Source: an uncultured Erysipelotrichaceae bacterium
GTDB lineage: Bacteria > Bacillota_I > Bacilli_A > RF39 > UBA660
Reading direction: 5' to 3'
Length of the DNA stretch: 64,000 nt
Assembly: GCA_902789425.1 (NCBI GenBank)
Contig: CADANX010000002.1
Location: 31,066-95,065 of the forward strand
The notes below the pieces were generated by a model. It had not been told where the DNA came from, did not search any database, and saw nothing but the letters and a program-made list of their open reading frames with translations. Positions 51,122 through 61,459 of the stretch are shown piece by piece (the first letter of the stretch is position 1; the number at the start of each line of letters is the position of its first letter). A program made the position numbers and the translations under genes.

Positions 51122-51152
51122 ATTGTGTTATACTATTATTGTAGGTGATAAT

Positions 51153-51608
51153 GTGAAAAAAGATAATATAAGTATATTTATAAATAAATTACTTAAAATA
51201 TTACATATAAAGGTAAGTGAAGAAAAAGAAAAATTATTTGTTCAAATTTTTAAATTTGTAATAGTTGGTGGTATAGCAACAATAATAGATTGGTTTGTAT
51301 ATTATATTTTATATAATATGTTTAATCTAAATCCTTTAATTGCAAATATATTTTCATTTATTGTATCAGTAATATATAATTATATTGCTAGTGTTAAATG
51401 GGTATTTGATGTTAATACAAATAAAACTAAAAAAAGAATGTTTATTGAGTTTATGATTTTTGCAGTACTAGGACTTATATTAACCGAAATATTATTATGG
51501 TTATTTATTTCTGTATTTAATATAGATAAGATGATATCTAAAATAATAGCAACTGCTATTGTTATGGTATTTAATTTTATTACTAGAAAAATATTTTTAG
51601 AAAAGTAG
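51153..51608 (+). CDS. GtrA-family polyprenyl-phosphate-sugar flippase-like protein
   Basis: FKFVIVGGIATIIDWFVYYIL and 4 TM segments. A GTG start after AGGTGA is most consistent with the TATACT -10 at 51130. Confidence 0.65.
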   Translation: MKKDNISIFINKLLKILHIKVSEEKEKLFVQIFKFVIVGGIATIIDWFVYYILYNMFNLNPLIANIFSFIVSVIYNYIASVKWVFDVNTNKTKKRMFIEFMIFAVLGLILTEILLWLFISVFNIDKMISKIIATAIVMVFNFITRKIFLEK

Positions 51609-51616
51609 GTGAAATT

Positions 51617-52114
51617 ATGGCTAGAAGAAGAAAAAGTAAAAGTAATGCATTTGTTGTAATTGTATTTGTTTTATTCATGTCATTTATTTTATATACATTA
51701 TATAATTTTGATAATAAAGGAAATAATTCAGATTCTGCGCCAAAAACAAATGCTAGTACTAAATCAGAAAAGAATAAATCTAGTAATGTAAAATCTCAAA
51801 GTAAAGAAGAAAAAGAAGTAAAAGAAAATAAAGAAGAAAAAACATCTGAATCAAAAGAAGAAAAGAAAGAAACAAAAAGTACTAAAAAGAATACTACTGT
51901 TTCAAGAATAGAACTTGTTGGTGAAGAAAATGTAACTATTAAACAAGGTGAAAAATATAAAGATCCAGGTGCTAAGGCATATAATACTGATAATGAAGAT
52001 ATTTCTGAATTAATCGAGACATCTAATAATTTAGATACATCAAAAAAAGGTGACTATGCTATAACTTATTCAATTGGAAAATATGAAGTAATAAGATTTA
52101 TTACAGTAGAATAA
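51617..52114 (+). CDS. membrane-anchored protein with a K/E/S-rich linker and a C-terminal Ig-like (DUF5011-type) domain
   Basis: N-terminal TM segment and a C-terminus VTIKQGEKYKDPGAKAYNTDNEDIS...GDYAITYS. Confidence 0.45.
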   Translation: MARRRKSKSNAFVVIVFVLFMSFILYTLYNFDNKGNNSDSAPKTNASTKSEKNKSSNVKSQSKEEKEVKENKEEKTSESKEEKKETKSTKKNTTVSRIELVGEENVTIKQGEKYKDPGAKAYNTDNEDISELIETSNNLDTSKKGDYAITYSIGKYEVIRFITVE

Positions 52115-52118
52115 TTAT

Positions 52119-52148
52119 AAAGAGTTTTATAATAAACTCTTTTTTTTA
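52119..52148 (+). terminator. terminator
   Basis: AAGAGTTT tataat AAACTCTT followed by a T9 run. Confidence 0.6.
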
Positions 52149-52195
52149 ATTCATAAAAATGATATAATAGTATTTGATGATATGTGGAGGTATTT

Positions 52196-52939
52196 ATGAG
52201 TAATAATAGTGAAATAGCAATTGAAGTTAAAAACGTTCATAAGAGTTTTAAACTTAATTCAGATAAACCTTATACTTTAAAAGAAAGATTAATTCATTCA
52301 AATAAAAATAAAAAGGAATATAGACAAATTCTTAAAGGTATAGATATTGATATTATGAAGGGTGAAAGTGTTGCTTTAATCGGTACTAATGGTAGTGGTA
52401 AAAGTACATTACTTAAGTTAATGACTAAAATTATTTATCCTACTAAAGGTAAAATAATTACTAGAGGTAAATTAACATCACTTCTTGAACTTGGTGCAGG
52501 ATTTCATCCGGATTTTACAGGTAGAGAAAATATTTATTTTAATGCATCTATATTCGGTTTAAATAGAAAAGATATTGATGCAAGAATAGATAAGATAATT
52601 GAATTTTCTGAACTAGGTGATTTAATAGATACACCAGTTAGAACATATTCTTCTGGAATGTATATGAGACTTGCTTTTTCAGTAGCTATAAATGTTGATG
52701 CTGAAATACTTCTAATTGATGAAATACTTGCTGTTGGAGATCAACATTTCCAAGATAAATGTTTTGCTAAATTAGAAGAACTTAAAGCAAATGAAAATAA
52801 AACTATAGTAATAGTAAGTCATAGTTTAGATTCAGTTAAAAAATTATGTAATAGAGCTATTTGGATTTACGAAGGAAAAGTTGCTAAAGATGGTAAACCA
52901 AAAGAAGTAATAGAAGAATATTTAAAGGTATGTCAGTAG
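52196..52939 (+). CDS. ABC transporter ATP-binding protein, TagH/Wzt-type (glycopolymer export)
   Basis: Walker A GTNGSGKST, signature YSSGMYMRL and Walker B LLIDE. GGAGG RBS. Confidence 0.8.
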   Translation: MSNNSEIAIEVKNVHKSFKLNSDKPYTLKERLIHSNKNKKEYRQILKGIDIDIMKGESVALIGTNGSGKSTLLKLMTKIIYPTKGKIITRGKLTSLLELGAGFHPDFTGRENIYFNASIFGLNRKDIDARIDKIIEFSELGDLIDTPVRTYSSGMYMRLAFSVAINVDAEILLIDEILAVGDQHFQDKCFAKLEELKANENKTIVIVSHSLDSVKKLCNRAIWIYEGKVAKDGKPKEVIEEYLKVCQ

Positions 52940-52948
52940 GTGATAAAA

Positions 52949-53722
52949 ATGGGATTTATTGGTAGATTATATGAATATAGAGAACTTTTAAAAAGTAATG
53001 TAAAAAAAGATATTAGAGGAAAGTATAAAGGATCTTTTCTAGGTGTACTTTGGTCTTTTATTAATCCGCTTCTAACAGTTGTAGTTTATGCTATAGTATT
53101 TCCATATATTTTAAGAGTTAAACAAGAAAATTATTTAATTTTTCTTATAATTGGTATTATACCTTGGACATTTGTTACAAGTACAATATCTTATGGAACA
53201 ACGACGATACTAGGTAACTGTGATATTATTAAAAAAGTATATTTTCCAAGAGAAATACTTCCAATTTCAGTTGCAGTTTCTGGACTTGTTAATTTCTTCA
53301 TATCTTGTTTAATAATATTTATATTTATGTTCTTTAGTGGTGTAGCATTCACTAAATATATTGTGCTTTTACCAGTTGTTGCATTAATTCAATTTATTCT
53401 TCTTTTAGGTATTATATTTATTACAGGTTCTGTAAATGTATATATGAGAGATTTAGAATATATTGTTAATTTCTTTGTTAATTTATTATTTTATGCAACA
53501 CCAATTATTTATTCAGTAGATATGTTTCCAGATCAATTTAAATGGGTTTTATATTTAAATCCACTTGCAACTATTATTACATCATATAGAGATATATTAT
53601 ATAGCGGAAGAATGCCTAATTTAACTAGTTTATTAATTGTTGGATTATTTAGCTTTTGTGTACTTATTATTGGATATTTAACATTTAGAAAACTTGAAAA
53701 AGGCTTTGCAGAGGAAATTTAA
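52949..53722 (+). CDS. ABC-2 type permease, TagG/Wzm-type
   Basis: Six TM segments. It is translationally coupled to the ATPase. Confidence 0.75.
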   Translation: MGFIGRLYEYRELLKSNVKKDIRGKYKGSFLGVLWSFINPLLTVVVYAIVFPYILRVKQENYLIFLIIGIIPWTFVTSTISYGTTTILGNCDIIKKVYFPREILPISVAVSGLVNFFISCLIIFIFMFFSGVAFTKYIVLLPVVALIQFILLLGIIFITGSVNVYMRDLEYIVNFFVNLLFYATPIIYSVDMFPDQFKWVLYLNPLATIITSYRDILYSGRMPNLTSLLIVGLFSFCVLIIGYLTFRKLEKGFAEEI

Positions 53723-53723
53723 T

Positions 53724-54566
53724 ATGATTAAACTTGCTTCGATGGTTACTTTATATAAACCAACTAAAGATAATATTAAAAATATAGAAAACTATATTGA
53801 TTCAGTAGATAAAATATATGTATTTGATAATACTGATGGAGTAGATAATAGTAAGATGCTTCCCAAAAGTAAAAAAATAGTATATATAACAGAAAAAGAA
53901 AATAAAGGTATCGCATATTCAATGAATGAATGTGCAAAAAGAGCAATAGATGATGGTTATAAATATTTACTTACTATGGATCAAGATAGTAGAATGAATA
54001 GTGATATAATTAAAAACATGCTTTCTTTTTTAGAAAATACAAAAGAAAAAAAGATAGGACTTATTTCTCCATATCAAGATATAAATTCTAATGATGATCT
54101 CGGCGATAATGAATATGATGATGTTATTGAAATGATGACTTCTGGTAATATAATATCTCTAGATGCATACACGAAAATAGGTGGTTTTAAATCTTGGTTA
54201 TTTATAGATTGTGTTGATACTGATTATTGTATGAATCTTCATAAACATGGTTACAAAGTGCTTAGATTAAACAAAATAATAATGAAACATGATTTAGGTA
54301 ACCTTGAAGTTCATCGCTTATTTAATAAAGAATATCCATGTTATAATCATAATCCGATGAGAAGATATTATATTGTTCGTAATAATTTATATATATATGA
54401 TATGTATCATGATATATATCCGGAATATTGCGATAGATTAATTAGAATTCAAAAAGGACAAATAAAAAGAATAATTGCTTTTGAAAAGAATAAATTTAAT
54501 AAATTAAAAATGATGTATAAGGGGTATAGAGATCATAAAAAAGGTATTAAGGGAAAATTAATTTAA
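53724..54566 (+). CDS. glycosyltransferase family 2
   Basis: DxD-containing GT-A N-terminal domain (YVFDNTDG, TMDQD). GAGGA RBS. Confidence 0.65.
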   Translation: MIKLASMVTLYKPTKDNIKNIENYIDSVDKIYVFDNTDGVDNSKMLPKSKKIVYITEKENKGIAYSMNECAKRAIDDGYKYLLTMDQDSRMNSDIIKNMLSFLENTKEKKIGLISPYQDINSNDDLGDNEYDDVIEMMTSGNIISLDAYTKIGGFKSWLFIDCVDTDYCMNLHKHGYKVLRLNKIIMKHDLGNLEVHRLFNKEYPCYNHNPMRRYYIVRNNLYIYDMYHDIYPEYCDRLIRIQKGQIKRIIAFEKNKFNKLKMMYKGYRDHKKGIKGKLI

Positions 54567-54577
54567 AGGAGATTTTT

Positions 54578-55507
54578 ATGAGTAAAGATAATAAAAAAAT
54601 AGCAGTTTTAATTCCTTGCTATAATGAAAGTAAAACAATAGAAAAGGTAGTTAAAGATTATAAAAAAGCACTTCCAGATGCTGATATTTATGTATATGAT
54701 AATAATTCATCTGATGATACAGATAAAATAGCAAAAAAAGCAGGTGCTATAGTTGAATATGAGTATAGACAAGGTAAAGGTAATGTTATTAGATCTATGT
54801 TTAGAGATATAGATGCTGATTGTTATTTAATGATAGATGGTGATGATACATATCCAGCTGAAAATGCAAAAGAAATGTGTAATTTAGTTTTAGAAGGTAA
54901 AGCTGATATGGTTATTGGTGATAGATTATCTAGTACTTATTTCACCGAAAATAAAAGACCATTTCATAACTTAGGTAATGTCTTAGTTAGAAAACTTATT
55001 AATATTATATTTAAAAATAATATAAAAGACATTATGACAGGATATAGAGCATTTTCTTATGATTTTGTAAAAGGTTTTCCAGTTTTATCAAAAGGTTTTG
55101 AAATTGAAACTGAAATGACTATTCATGCAGTTGATAAAAACTTTAAATTAGTTGAAATACCAGTTTCATATAGAGATAGACCAGAAGGTAGTGTTTCTAA
55201 ATTAAATACATTTTCTGATGGATTTAAAGTACTTAAGACAATAGCTACTTTATTTAAAGAATATAAACCAGCATTATTCTTTAATATATTTGCTTTTATA
55301 TTACTTGTTTTATCATTAGTATTTGGAATTCCTGTTGTTATTGAATATTTTAAAACAGGTGTAGTTCCTAGATTCCCAACATTAATAGTATCTTGTATAG
55401 TACTTGTTATATCAATGTTATTATGGATTACTGGTATTATACTTCAAGTAATAGTTAAAAAGCACAAACAATTATATGAATTAATAAGAATGCAAAATAA
55501 AAGATAA
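54578..55507 (+). CDS. GtrB/CsbB-like polyprenyl-phosphate glycosyltransferase (GT2 with a C-terminal TM pair)
   Basis: IAVLIPCYNES, YVYDNNSSDDT, IDGDD and 2 C-terminal TM segments. Confidence 0.7.
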   Translation: MSKDNKKIAVLIPCYNESKTIEKVVKDYKKALPDADIYVYDNNSSDDTDKIAKKAGAIVEYEYRQGKGNVIRSMFRDIDADCYLMIDGDDTYPAENAKEMCNLVLEGKADMVIGDRLSSTYFTENKRPFHNLGNVLVRKLINIIFKNNIKDIMTGYRAFSYDFVKGFPVLSKGFEIETEMTIHAVDKNFKLVEIPVSYRDRPEGSVSKLNTFSDGFKVLKTIATLFKEYKPALFFNIFAFILLVLSLVFGIPVVIEYFKTGVVPRFPTLIVSCIVLVISMLLWITGIILQVIVKKHKQLYELIRMQNKR

Positions 55508-55529
55508 TAGTAATTATTATCTTTTTTTA
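55501..55529. terminator. bidirectional terminator
   Basis: AGATAAT agtaat ATTATCT followed by a T run, between convergent genes. Confidence 0.5.
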
Positions 55530-57797
55530 TAACCAAAATGATACATAATATTTAATTGTGTAATAAAGATTTGGATTATATATATTTATTGCATAATCAA
55601 TATCAGTTGGTATTTGAATTAGATTTATAAATATAGTATAAACAAATAAAATTATAAATATATAATTAAATATTAGTTTATTTTTTTCATTATTTAAACT
55701 ATTTAATATACTTAATATAACAATAATTGTTGGTATAAAAAGTAACCATGAAAAATCATTTATGTACCTTGGTAATATTCCTGCTCCTTGAACATCAACA
55801 AATATTATGATTAATGCAAATATTATAGATAAAATAGATATTGCATATAATTTATTATTTTTTATTAATTTTTTAAATTTATATGATAATAGTCCAAAGA
55901 ATAGAATTATATTACTAGTTAATATTCCTCCATACATTGGCTCATAAATTGTAGATCCCATATAACTTGTTTTAATTAAATTATATTCAATAAATGGAAA
56001 TACTGGAGTTATACTAATTGATCCAAATAAGAAGTAAAAATATCCTAACATAGTTCTATCTAATTTAATTCCTCTTTTAGTCATATCATTTGATGTAAGA
56101 TTGTAATTTGCACCAAAATCAAATACTGAATCAAATCTTATATAATTATAAGTCATTAGTAAACTGGCGACTACAATATATGGAATAGAGAATATTAATA
56201 TTGATTTTATTAATTCTTTTTTGTTATGAATATTTTTTATAAAATAATCTTTAAATATTGTAAAACAGAAAAACGATCCTATCACAAATTGTGGTCTACA
56301 TCCTGCAACAAGTGCCATAAATAGAGAACCTAAAAATAGTTTAATATAATTTGTTCTATCATTTTCTATAGACTTAATCCAAAGATATATACCAAGTAAA
56401 GTAAAGAAAAGGGCACATAGTATTGGAACTGAATAGAAATCAGGCCTTTTTGCAATATAAAGTAACCCTGATGAATTAATAACAAAAATAGCTAAAAGAA
56501 TAAAATGCATAAAACTAATATTTTTATAATGATTCATTATTAAATGCTTTAAATACTTAATTATCATTATAGATATTCCTGATAACATAAATAGAATTAA
56601 AATACTATTATATAGATTTTTTTTAGTTATAATATAAAACGGTACATAAAATAATATGCAAGGTACTATACCAAAATAAACATAATATTTACCTTTATAA
56701 TATGCAAAGTCATGCATATATATTTCTTTATTATTTAAGTGAAGGGTGTATCTTAAATTCATATCATAAGGATTTTTCATTTTTATAAGGGTTTTACTTA
56801 CTTTATATTTAGTTATTTCAAATGATTTATTATTAACTATTTCTTCAGCTAGTGTATTATATTCTCTTTGATTAGTTAAATGTTTTCCTCCTTTTAACCA
56901 TAATGGATTTAAACATATTATACTTGTAAAAAATAGTATTTGTAATATTAAATAAATAATAATTATTTTATTTTGTTTTTTATCAAATATACATTTAGTA
57001 TTATATAATTCTGATTTTGGTCTAATAGTATATAGACTTATAATAATTAAGAATAATAGTGATAGTCTTATATACGAAATATATATTGGTTTTTCTTTAT
57101 TAATAGATATCTTATTTATTTTAATTACATTTAATTTGTTTTCTTCATTATCATATTTAAATGATATTTTTATGTTTTTAGTTTTACCTGCTAAATTTAG
57201 TTTAATATATTTACTTTGATTTATATTATTAACAATTTCCCTTTTTCCAATTTCATAATATAATTCATTACCTTCGTCAGTAGCACTCATAGTTATTTCT
57301 TTTACTGTATCTGATGACTCTATATTTAAATAAATATTGTTTATTTCTTTATTAATATTTTTTATTTCTATATAATTATCATTATTAATTATTTGATAAT
57401 TATTATCTTCAAGTTTTTCTAAGCTATAAATATTATTTATTTTTAATGTTTTATAATCTTTATATAATAGTGATTCATAATGTCTAAAATTAAATATATA
57501 GACTTCTGAAAAGATGCTTATTACTAATATAAATAATGATACAATTATATATTTATATTTAATTCTTTTATTGCATTTGTTTTTAATTGTATTCTTATTT
57601 ATAAATAGATTTAATAGTAATGATATAAATATCATATCTAATATTATACAAGATAAATCTTTTTGAATTAAATATAGAATAATACTTAGTAAATTAGAAA
57701 TAAGAATTATAATTATATTCTTTTTTAAATTGTTTTTAAAAAGATAACATATAATTACACTTAATATAAAGTTTAATAAAAAAATCATTATTTTCAC
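55527..57797 (-). CDS. large polytopic membrane protein (756 aa), putative GT-C-type glycosyltransferase/polymerase
   Basis: Two N-terminal TM segments, a beta-rich extracytoplasmic insert of about 170 aa, then 12 or more TM segments. It lies next to GtrA- and GtrB-like genes. Confidence 0.5.
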   Translation of the reverse strand: MKIMIFLLNFILSVIICYLFKNNLKKNIIIILISNLLSIILYLIQKDLSCIILDMIFISLLLNLFINKNTIKNKCNKRIKYKYIIVSLFILVISIFSEVYIFNFRHYESLLYKDYKTLKINNIYSLEKLEDNNYQIINNDNYIEIKNINKEINNIYLNIESSDTVKEITMSATDEGNELYYEIGKREIVNNINQSKYIKLNLAGKTKNIKISFKYDNEENKLNVIKINKISINKEKPIYISYIRLSLLFLIIISLYTIRPKSELYNTKCIFDKKQNKIIIIYLILQILFFTSIICLNPLWLKGGKHLTNQREYNTLAEEIVNNKSFEITKYKVSKTLIKMKNPYDMNLRYTLHLNNKEIYMHDFAYYKGKYYVYFGIVPCILFYVPFYIITKKNLYNSILILFMLSGISIMIIKYLKHLIMNHYKNISFMHFILLAIFVINSSGLLYIAKRPDFYSVPILCALFFTLLGIYLWIKSIENDRTNYIKLFLGSLFMALVAGCRPQFVIGSFFCFTIFKDYFIKNIHNKKELIKSILIFSIPYIVVASLLMTYNYIRFDSVFDFGANYNLTSNDMTKRGIKLDRTMLGYFYFLFGSISITPVFPFIEYNLIKTSYMGSTIYEPMYGGILTSNIILFFGLLSYKFKKLIKNNKLYAISILSIIFALIIIFVDVQGAGILPRYINDFSWLLFIPTIIVILSILNSLNNEKNKLIFNYIFIILFVYTIFINLIQIPTDIDYAINIYNPNLYYTIKYYVSFWL

Positions 57798-57870
57798 CTC
57801 AAAAATTATTATATCATATTTTATTTGATTATATATGTGTTATAATATATATGAAAGAGAGTTGATTATA

Positions 57871-59673
57871 GTGAATTTTATAATGATGCTTATGTATGTT
57901 ACATTTTTTACATATAGTTTAGTTATTATTTTTAAAAGTAAATTTGAAAAAATGCTTCCATTAACACTTATGATGAGTGCTCTTGTTCTTTATTTAAGTG
58001 GTTATTTTTTTGATACTTTTAAAATAGGATTTATTTTATGTCTATTATTTTCATTATATTTTCCATTTTATATTATAAAAAATAAAATGAAGTTAAATGA
58101 AATAAAAGAAAAATATTTAACAAAGGGATATAAAGCATTTTTAGTTTTATATTTAATTATTTTTATACTAGATTTTAATCGTTTCTTTAATGTGTGGGAT
58201 GAACTTTCTCATTGGGGGAAAATGGTTAAAGAAATGTATAGACTTGATAATTTTTATTCAGTTCCAAGTTCTAATTTGCTTGTACATAAAGATTATCCAC
58301 CAATTATGAGTCTACTTGAATTATTTAGTTGTATGATTTCATTTAGATTTAAAGAAGCATATTTAATAAGAACTCTTCATTTACTTGAAGGTTCAATAGT
58401 TTTGTCTATGTTTAATTTTGATAAGGAAAAAAATATAATTAAACCTATATTCCTTATTATATTTATTTATTTCTTAACATTATTATTTGATAAAATTGTT
58501 ATTATTAATAGTATTTATACTGATTTTGCATTATCTTTTGTAACAACATATATTTTATATAATGTTTTTGTTCTTGATAAGTTAGACAAAACTAATATAT
58601 TTACTTTAATTACTTCTTTATCATTTTTAATACTATTAAAACAAATGAGTATAGTATTTTACTTAATGAGTTTATTTTTACTTGCATTTTTATTTATTTT
58701 TAATAAAAAAATTAATAAGGAGAATGTCTTTAAATTTATTATAATTTCAGTTGTTCCTATTATATTTTATTTTTCATGGAATATGTATATTTCTTATTTA
58801 CAAATTAAAGGTCAATTTGTAATTAGTGATATTAAACTTACAGAAATCATGAATATTATAAAAGGAGAGGGAGAACAACATCAAATTCTTATTAATTACA
58901 TTACCGCTATTCCAAGTAGAGGTATATTAAATTCAAGAATTAATGTTTCATATTTTCATTTCTTCTTTATAATTGCTCTTGGAATTTATTATATTTATTA
59001 TAAATTAAAAAAAGATATTAAACTTCGTAATATTCTAATATTATCTTTAACATTATTTATAGGTTATGTAGGTTATGCTTTAGTAATGCTTTTATTATAC
59101 TTATTTAGCTTTAAAGGAGAAGGACTAATTCTTGCATCTTATGAAAGATATATGAGTACTTATATTTTAATTTGTATTTTTACTTTAATATTTATATACC
59201 TAAAATATTTAAAAGAATTTAGAGTTAATAGATTTGTTTTAATATTTACAATTGTTTTAATGATGATAACACCAAGAAGTTATCTTAAATTAAGACCAGA
59301 TTTAATAATACTTGAAAATCATAAATATGATTCATATAGAGAAGCAGCTAAAAAGATTGATTCAGTTGCAAAACTTCATGATCCAGTTTTTGTAGTAGAT
59401 CAGGTAGAACAAGACGGTGCAATGTTTTATATTAGTTATTTTTCAAATAAAGTGCGTATAAATCAATTTAATTATGATGTTGCATCTAATTTAACTGAAA
59501 AAGAGTTTAATAGAAATTATAGTTATATGAGTAAATTTAAATATTTATATACATTTACACTTGAAGATGATTTTATTGATAATTATAAATTTTTAAATAA
59601 AAACATTAAAAGAAATACTCTTTATAAAATTAAGAAAAGAAATAATAAATTATATTTAGAAGAAATAAAATAA
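57871..59673 (+). CDS. polytopic membrane protein (about 600 aa) with a C-terminal extracytoplasmic domain, putative glycopolymer-modifying enzyme
   Basis: Eleven or more TM segments, a WDELSHW loop motif and a soluble C-terminal domain of about 130 aa. A GTG start at 57871 follows AAGAGAG. Confidence 0.5.
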   Translation: MNFIMMLMYVTFFTYSLVIIFKSKFEKMLPLTLMMSALVLYLSGYFFDTFKIGFILCLLFSLYFPFYIIKNKMKLNEIKEKYLTKGYKAFLVLYLIIFILDFNRFFNVWDELSHWGKMVKEMYRLDNFYSVPSSNLLVHKDYPPIMSLLELFSCMISFRFKEAYLIRTLHLLEGSIVLSMFNFDKEKNIIKPIFLIIFIYFLTLLFDKIVIINSIYTDFALSFVTTYILYNVFVLDKLDKTNIFTLITSLSFLILLKQMSIVFYLMSLFLLAFLFIFNKKINKENVFKFIIISVVPIIFYFSWNMYISYLQIKGQFVISDIKLTEIMNIIKGEGEQHQILINYITAIPSRGILNSRINVSYFHFFFIIALGIYYIYYKLKKDIKLRNILILSLTLFIGYVGYALVMLLLYLFSFKGEGLILASYERYMSTYILICIFTLIFIYLKYLKEFRVNRFVLIFTIVLMMITPRSYLKLRPDLIILENHKYDSYREAAKKIDSVAKLHDPVFVVDQVEQDGAMFYISYFSNKVRINQFNYDVASNLTEKEFNRNYSYMSKFKYLYTFTLEDDFIDNYKFLNKNIKRNTLYKIKKRNNKLYLEEIK

Positions 59674-59738
59674 TGTATTAATTTACAATCTGTTTTATAA
59701 ATGATATAATTAATACGATATTATCCAGGAGGATTTTT

Positions 59739-61451
59739 ATGAAAATTGATATAGTATTTGTAACTTATAATTCAGGAAAATGGTTAAGAGGAAACATAGA
59801 AAGTATCTTAAAAAGTGATTTTGATTTAAAAAATAAAGTATCTCTATTATACTTTGATAATGCATCAACAGATGATACAGTTAAAGAACTTGAATTATTA
59901 AAAAAAGAATATGGTAAAGAATTTAAAGAGTTTAAAATTACTAAAGGAAGAAAAAATAAAGGTTTTGGCTATGGTAATAATATGGCTGCTTTTTCTGGTA
60001 ATTCTGAATATTTATTATTTTTAAATACTGATACTGAACTAAAAAAAGATACTCTTAAAAAAATAGAAGAAGAAGTATTAAAAGCTGATAAAAATATAGG
60101 TATATTTGAACTTAAACAAACTCCTTATGAACATCCTAAGTTTTATGATCCATATACAGGATATACATCTTGGGCTTCTGGTGCTTGTATGATTTTTAAA
60201 AGAAAATTATTTGAAGCAATAAGAGGTTTTGATAATAATATGTTTATGTATTGTGAAGATGTTGAAATAAGTTATAGAGTAAGACAAATGGGTTATAAGA
60301 TTAAATATTTACCTAATATTGATATAATTCATTATTCTTATAGTGAACCTAATGAATTTAAATTAACTGCATTTATTTATGGTTATATTAATAATCTATA
60401 TGTAAGAGCAAAATATGGTTCATTTAAAAACTTTTTAAAAGGTCAATATTTAGTAATTAAAGCAATATACAAAAATCATGCAGGTTTTATTTTATCTGAT
60501 GAAGAATATATACCTGTTAAAAAGAAACTTAGAAAAGAATATTTTAAGATGTTCTTTAAATACATATATGCAAGAATTTATAAGCATAGTCATAGTACAG
60601 TAGGTGATTTTAAACCAAAATTCCATAATCTACTTGATTATGAGGCAGCTAAAATTAATCCATTCTTAGATTTGAACCAATTACCAGTTTTAAAAAATGA
60701 ACCACTAGTTAGTATAATTGTTAGAACTTGTGGTAGACCTGATACTCTTAGAGAAAATCTTGTTTCATTAAGAAATCAAACTTATAAAAATATCGAAGTG
60801 GTTGTAGTAGAAGATGGACCTAATACAGCAGAAGAAATGATTAAAAATGAGTTTAAAGATTTAAATATCGTATATAAATCAACTGGTAAAAATGTTGGAA
60901 GAAGTAAAGTTGGTAATATAGCTCTTGATTTAGCAAAAGGTAAATATTTAAATTTCTTAGATGATGATGATTTATTCTATCCAGAACATGTAGAAAGACT
61001 AGTTACTTTTGCTGAAAAGAATAAATATGATATTGTTTATGATACTGCTTTTGAAACTGCTATTACAGTAGATTCTAAAGTACCTTATAAATATACAATT
61101 GAGGCAATTAATATTGTTCACTCTGGTGAATACAGTAAACTCAATCTTTATAGAAGTAATTTATTTCCAATTCAAACTGTTATGTTTAAAAAAGATGTAT
61201 ATAAAAAATGTGGTGGATTTGATGAGGATATGGATGCACTTGAGGATTGGGATTTATGGATAAGATTTTCATTTAAATATGATTTTCATTATTTTAAAGA
61301 TACTACTTCTCTTTATAGAGTGCCAGCTAAAGGGGCTATTTCATACGAAAGACAAGAATTTATTAATAGTTATATGGACTATATAATGAAAAAATATGAA
61401 AATACTGAAATAAATTATAAATTCTCTGACTTTCTTTGGTTTAATAATTAG
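59739..61451 (+). CDS. two-domain family-2 glycosyltransferase
   Basis: Two GT-A modules (IVFVTYNS...FDNASTDD and VSIIVRTCGRPDTL...LNFLDDDD). GGAGG RBS. Confidence 0.7.
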   Translation: MKIDIVFVTYNSGKWLRGNIESILKSDFDLKNKVSLLYFDNASTDDTVKELELLKKEYGKEFKEFKITKGRKNKGFGYGNNMAAFSGNSEYLLFLNTDTELKKDTLKKIEEEVLKADKNIGIFELKQTPYEHPKFYDPYTGYTSWASGACMIFKRKLFEAIRGFDNNMFMYCEDVEISYRVRQMGYKIKYLPNIDIIHYSYSEPNEFKLTAFIYGYINNLYVRAKYGSFKNFLKGQYLVIKAIYKNHAGFILSDEEYIPVKKKLRKEYFKMFFKYIYARIYKHSHSTVGDFKPKFHNLLDYEAAKINPFLDLNQLPVLKNEPLVSIIVRTCGRPDTLRENLVSLRNQTYKNIEVVVVEDGPNTAEEMIKNEFKDLNIVYKSTGKNVGRSKVGNIALDLAKGKYLNFLDDDDLFYPEHVERLVTFAEKNKYDIVYDTAFETAITVDSKVPYKYTIEAINIVHSGEYSKLNLYRSNLFPIQTVMFKKDVYKKCGGFDEDMDALEDWDLWIRFSFKYDFHYFKDTTSLYRVPAKGAISYERQEFINSYMDYIMKKYENTEINYKFSDFLWFNN

Positions 61452-61459
61452 GAGGATTT

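Noticed and set aside
57835-57870. ATG 57835 as the start of the about 600-aa membrane protein.
   Set aside because: It has no RBS. The GTG at 57871 follows an AAGAGAG RBS at good spacing. The start remains uncertain.
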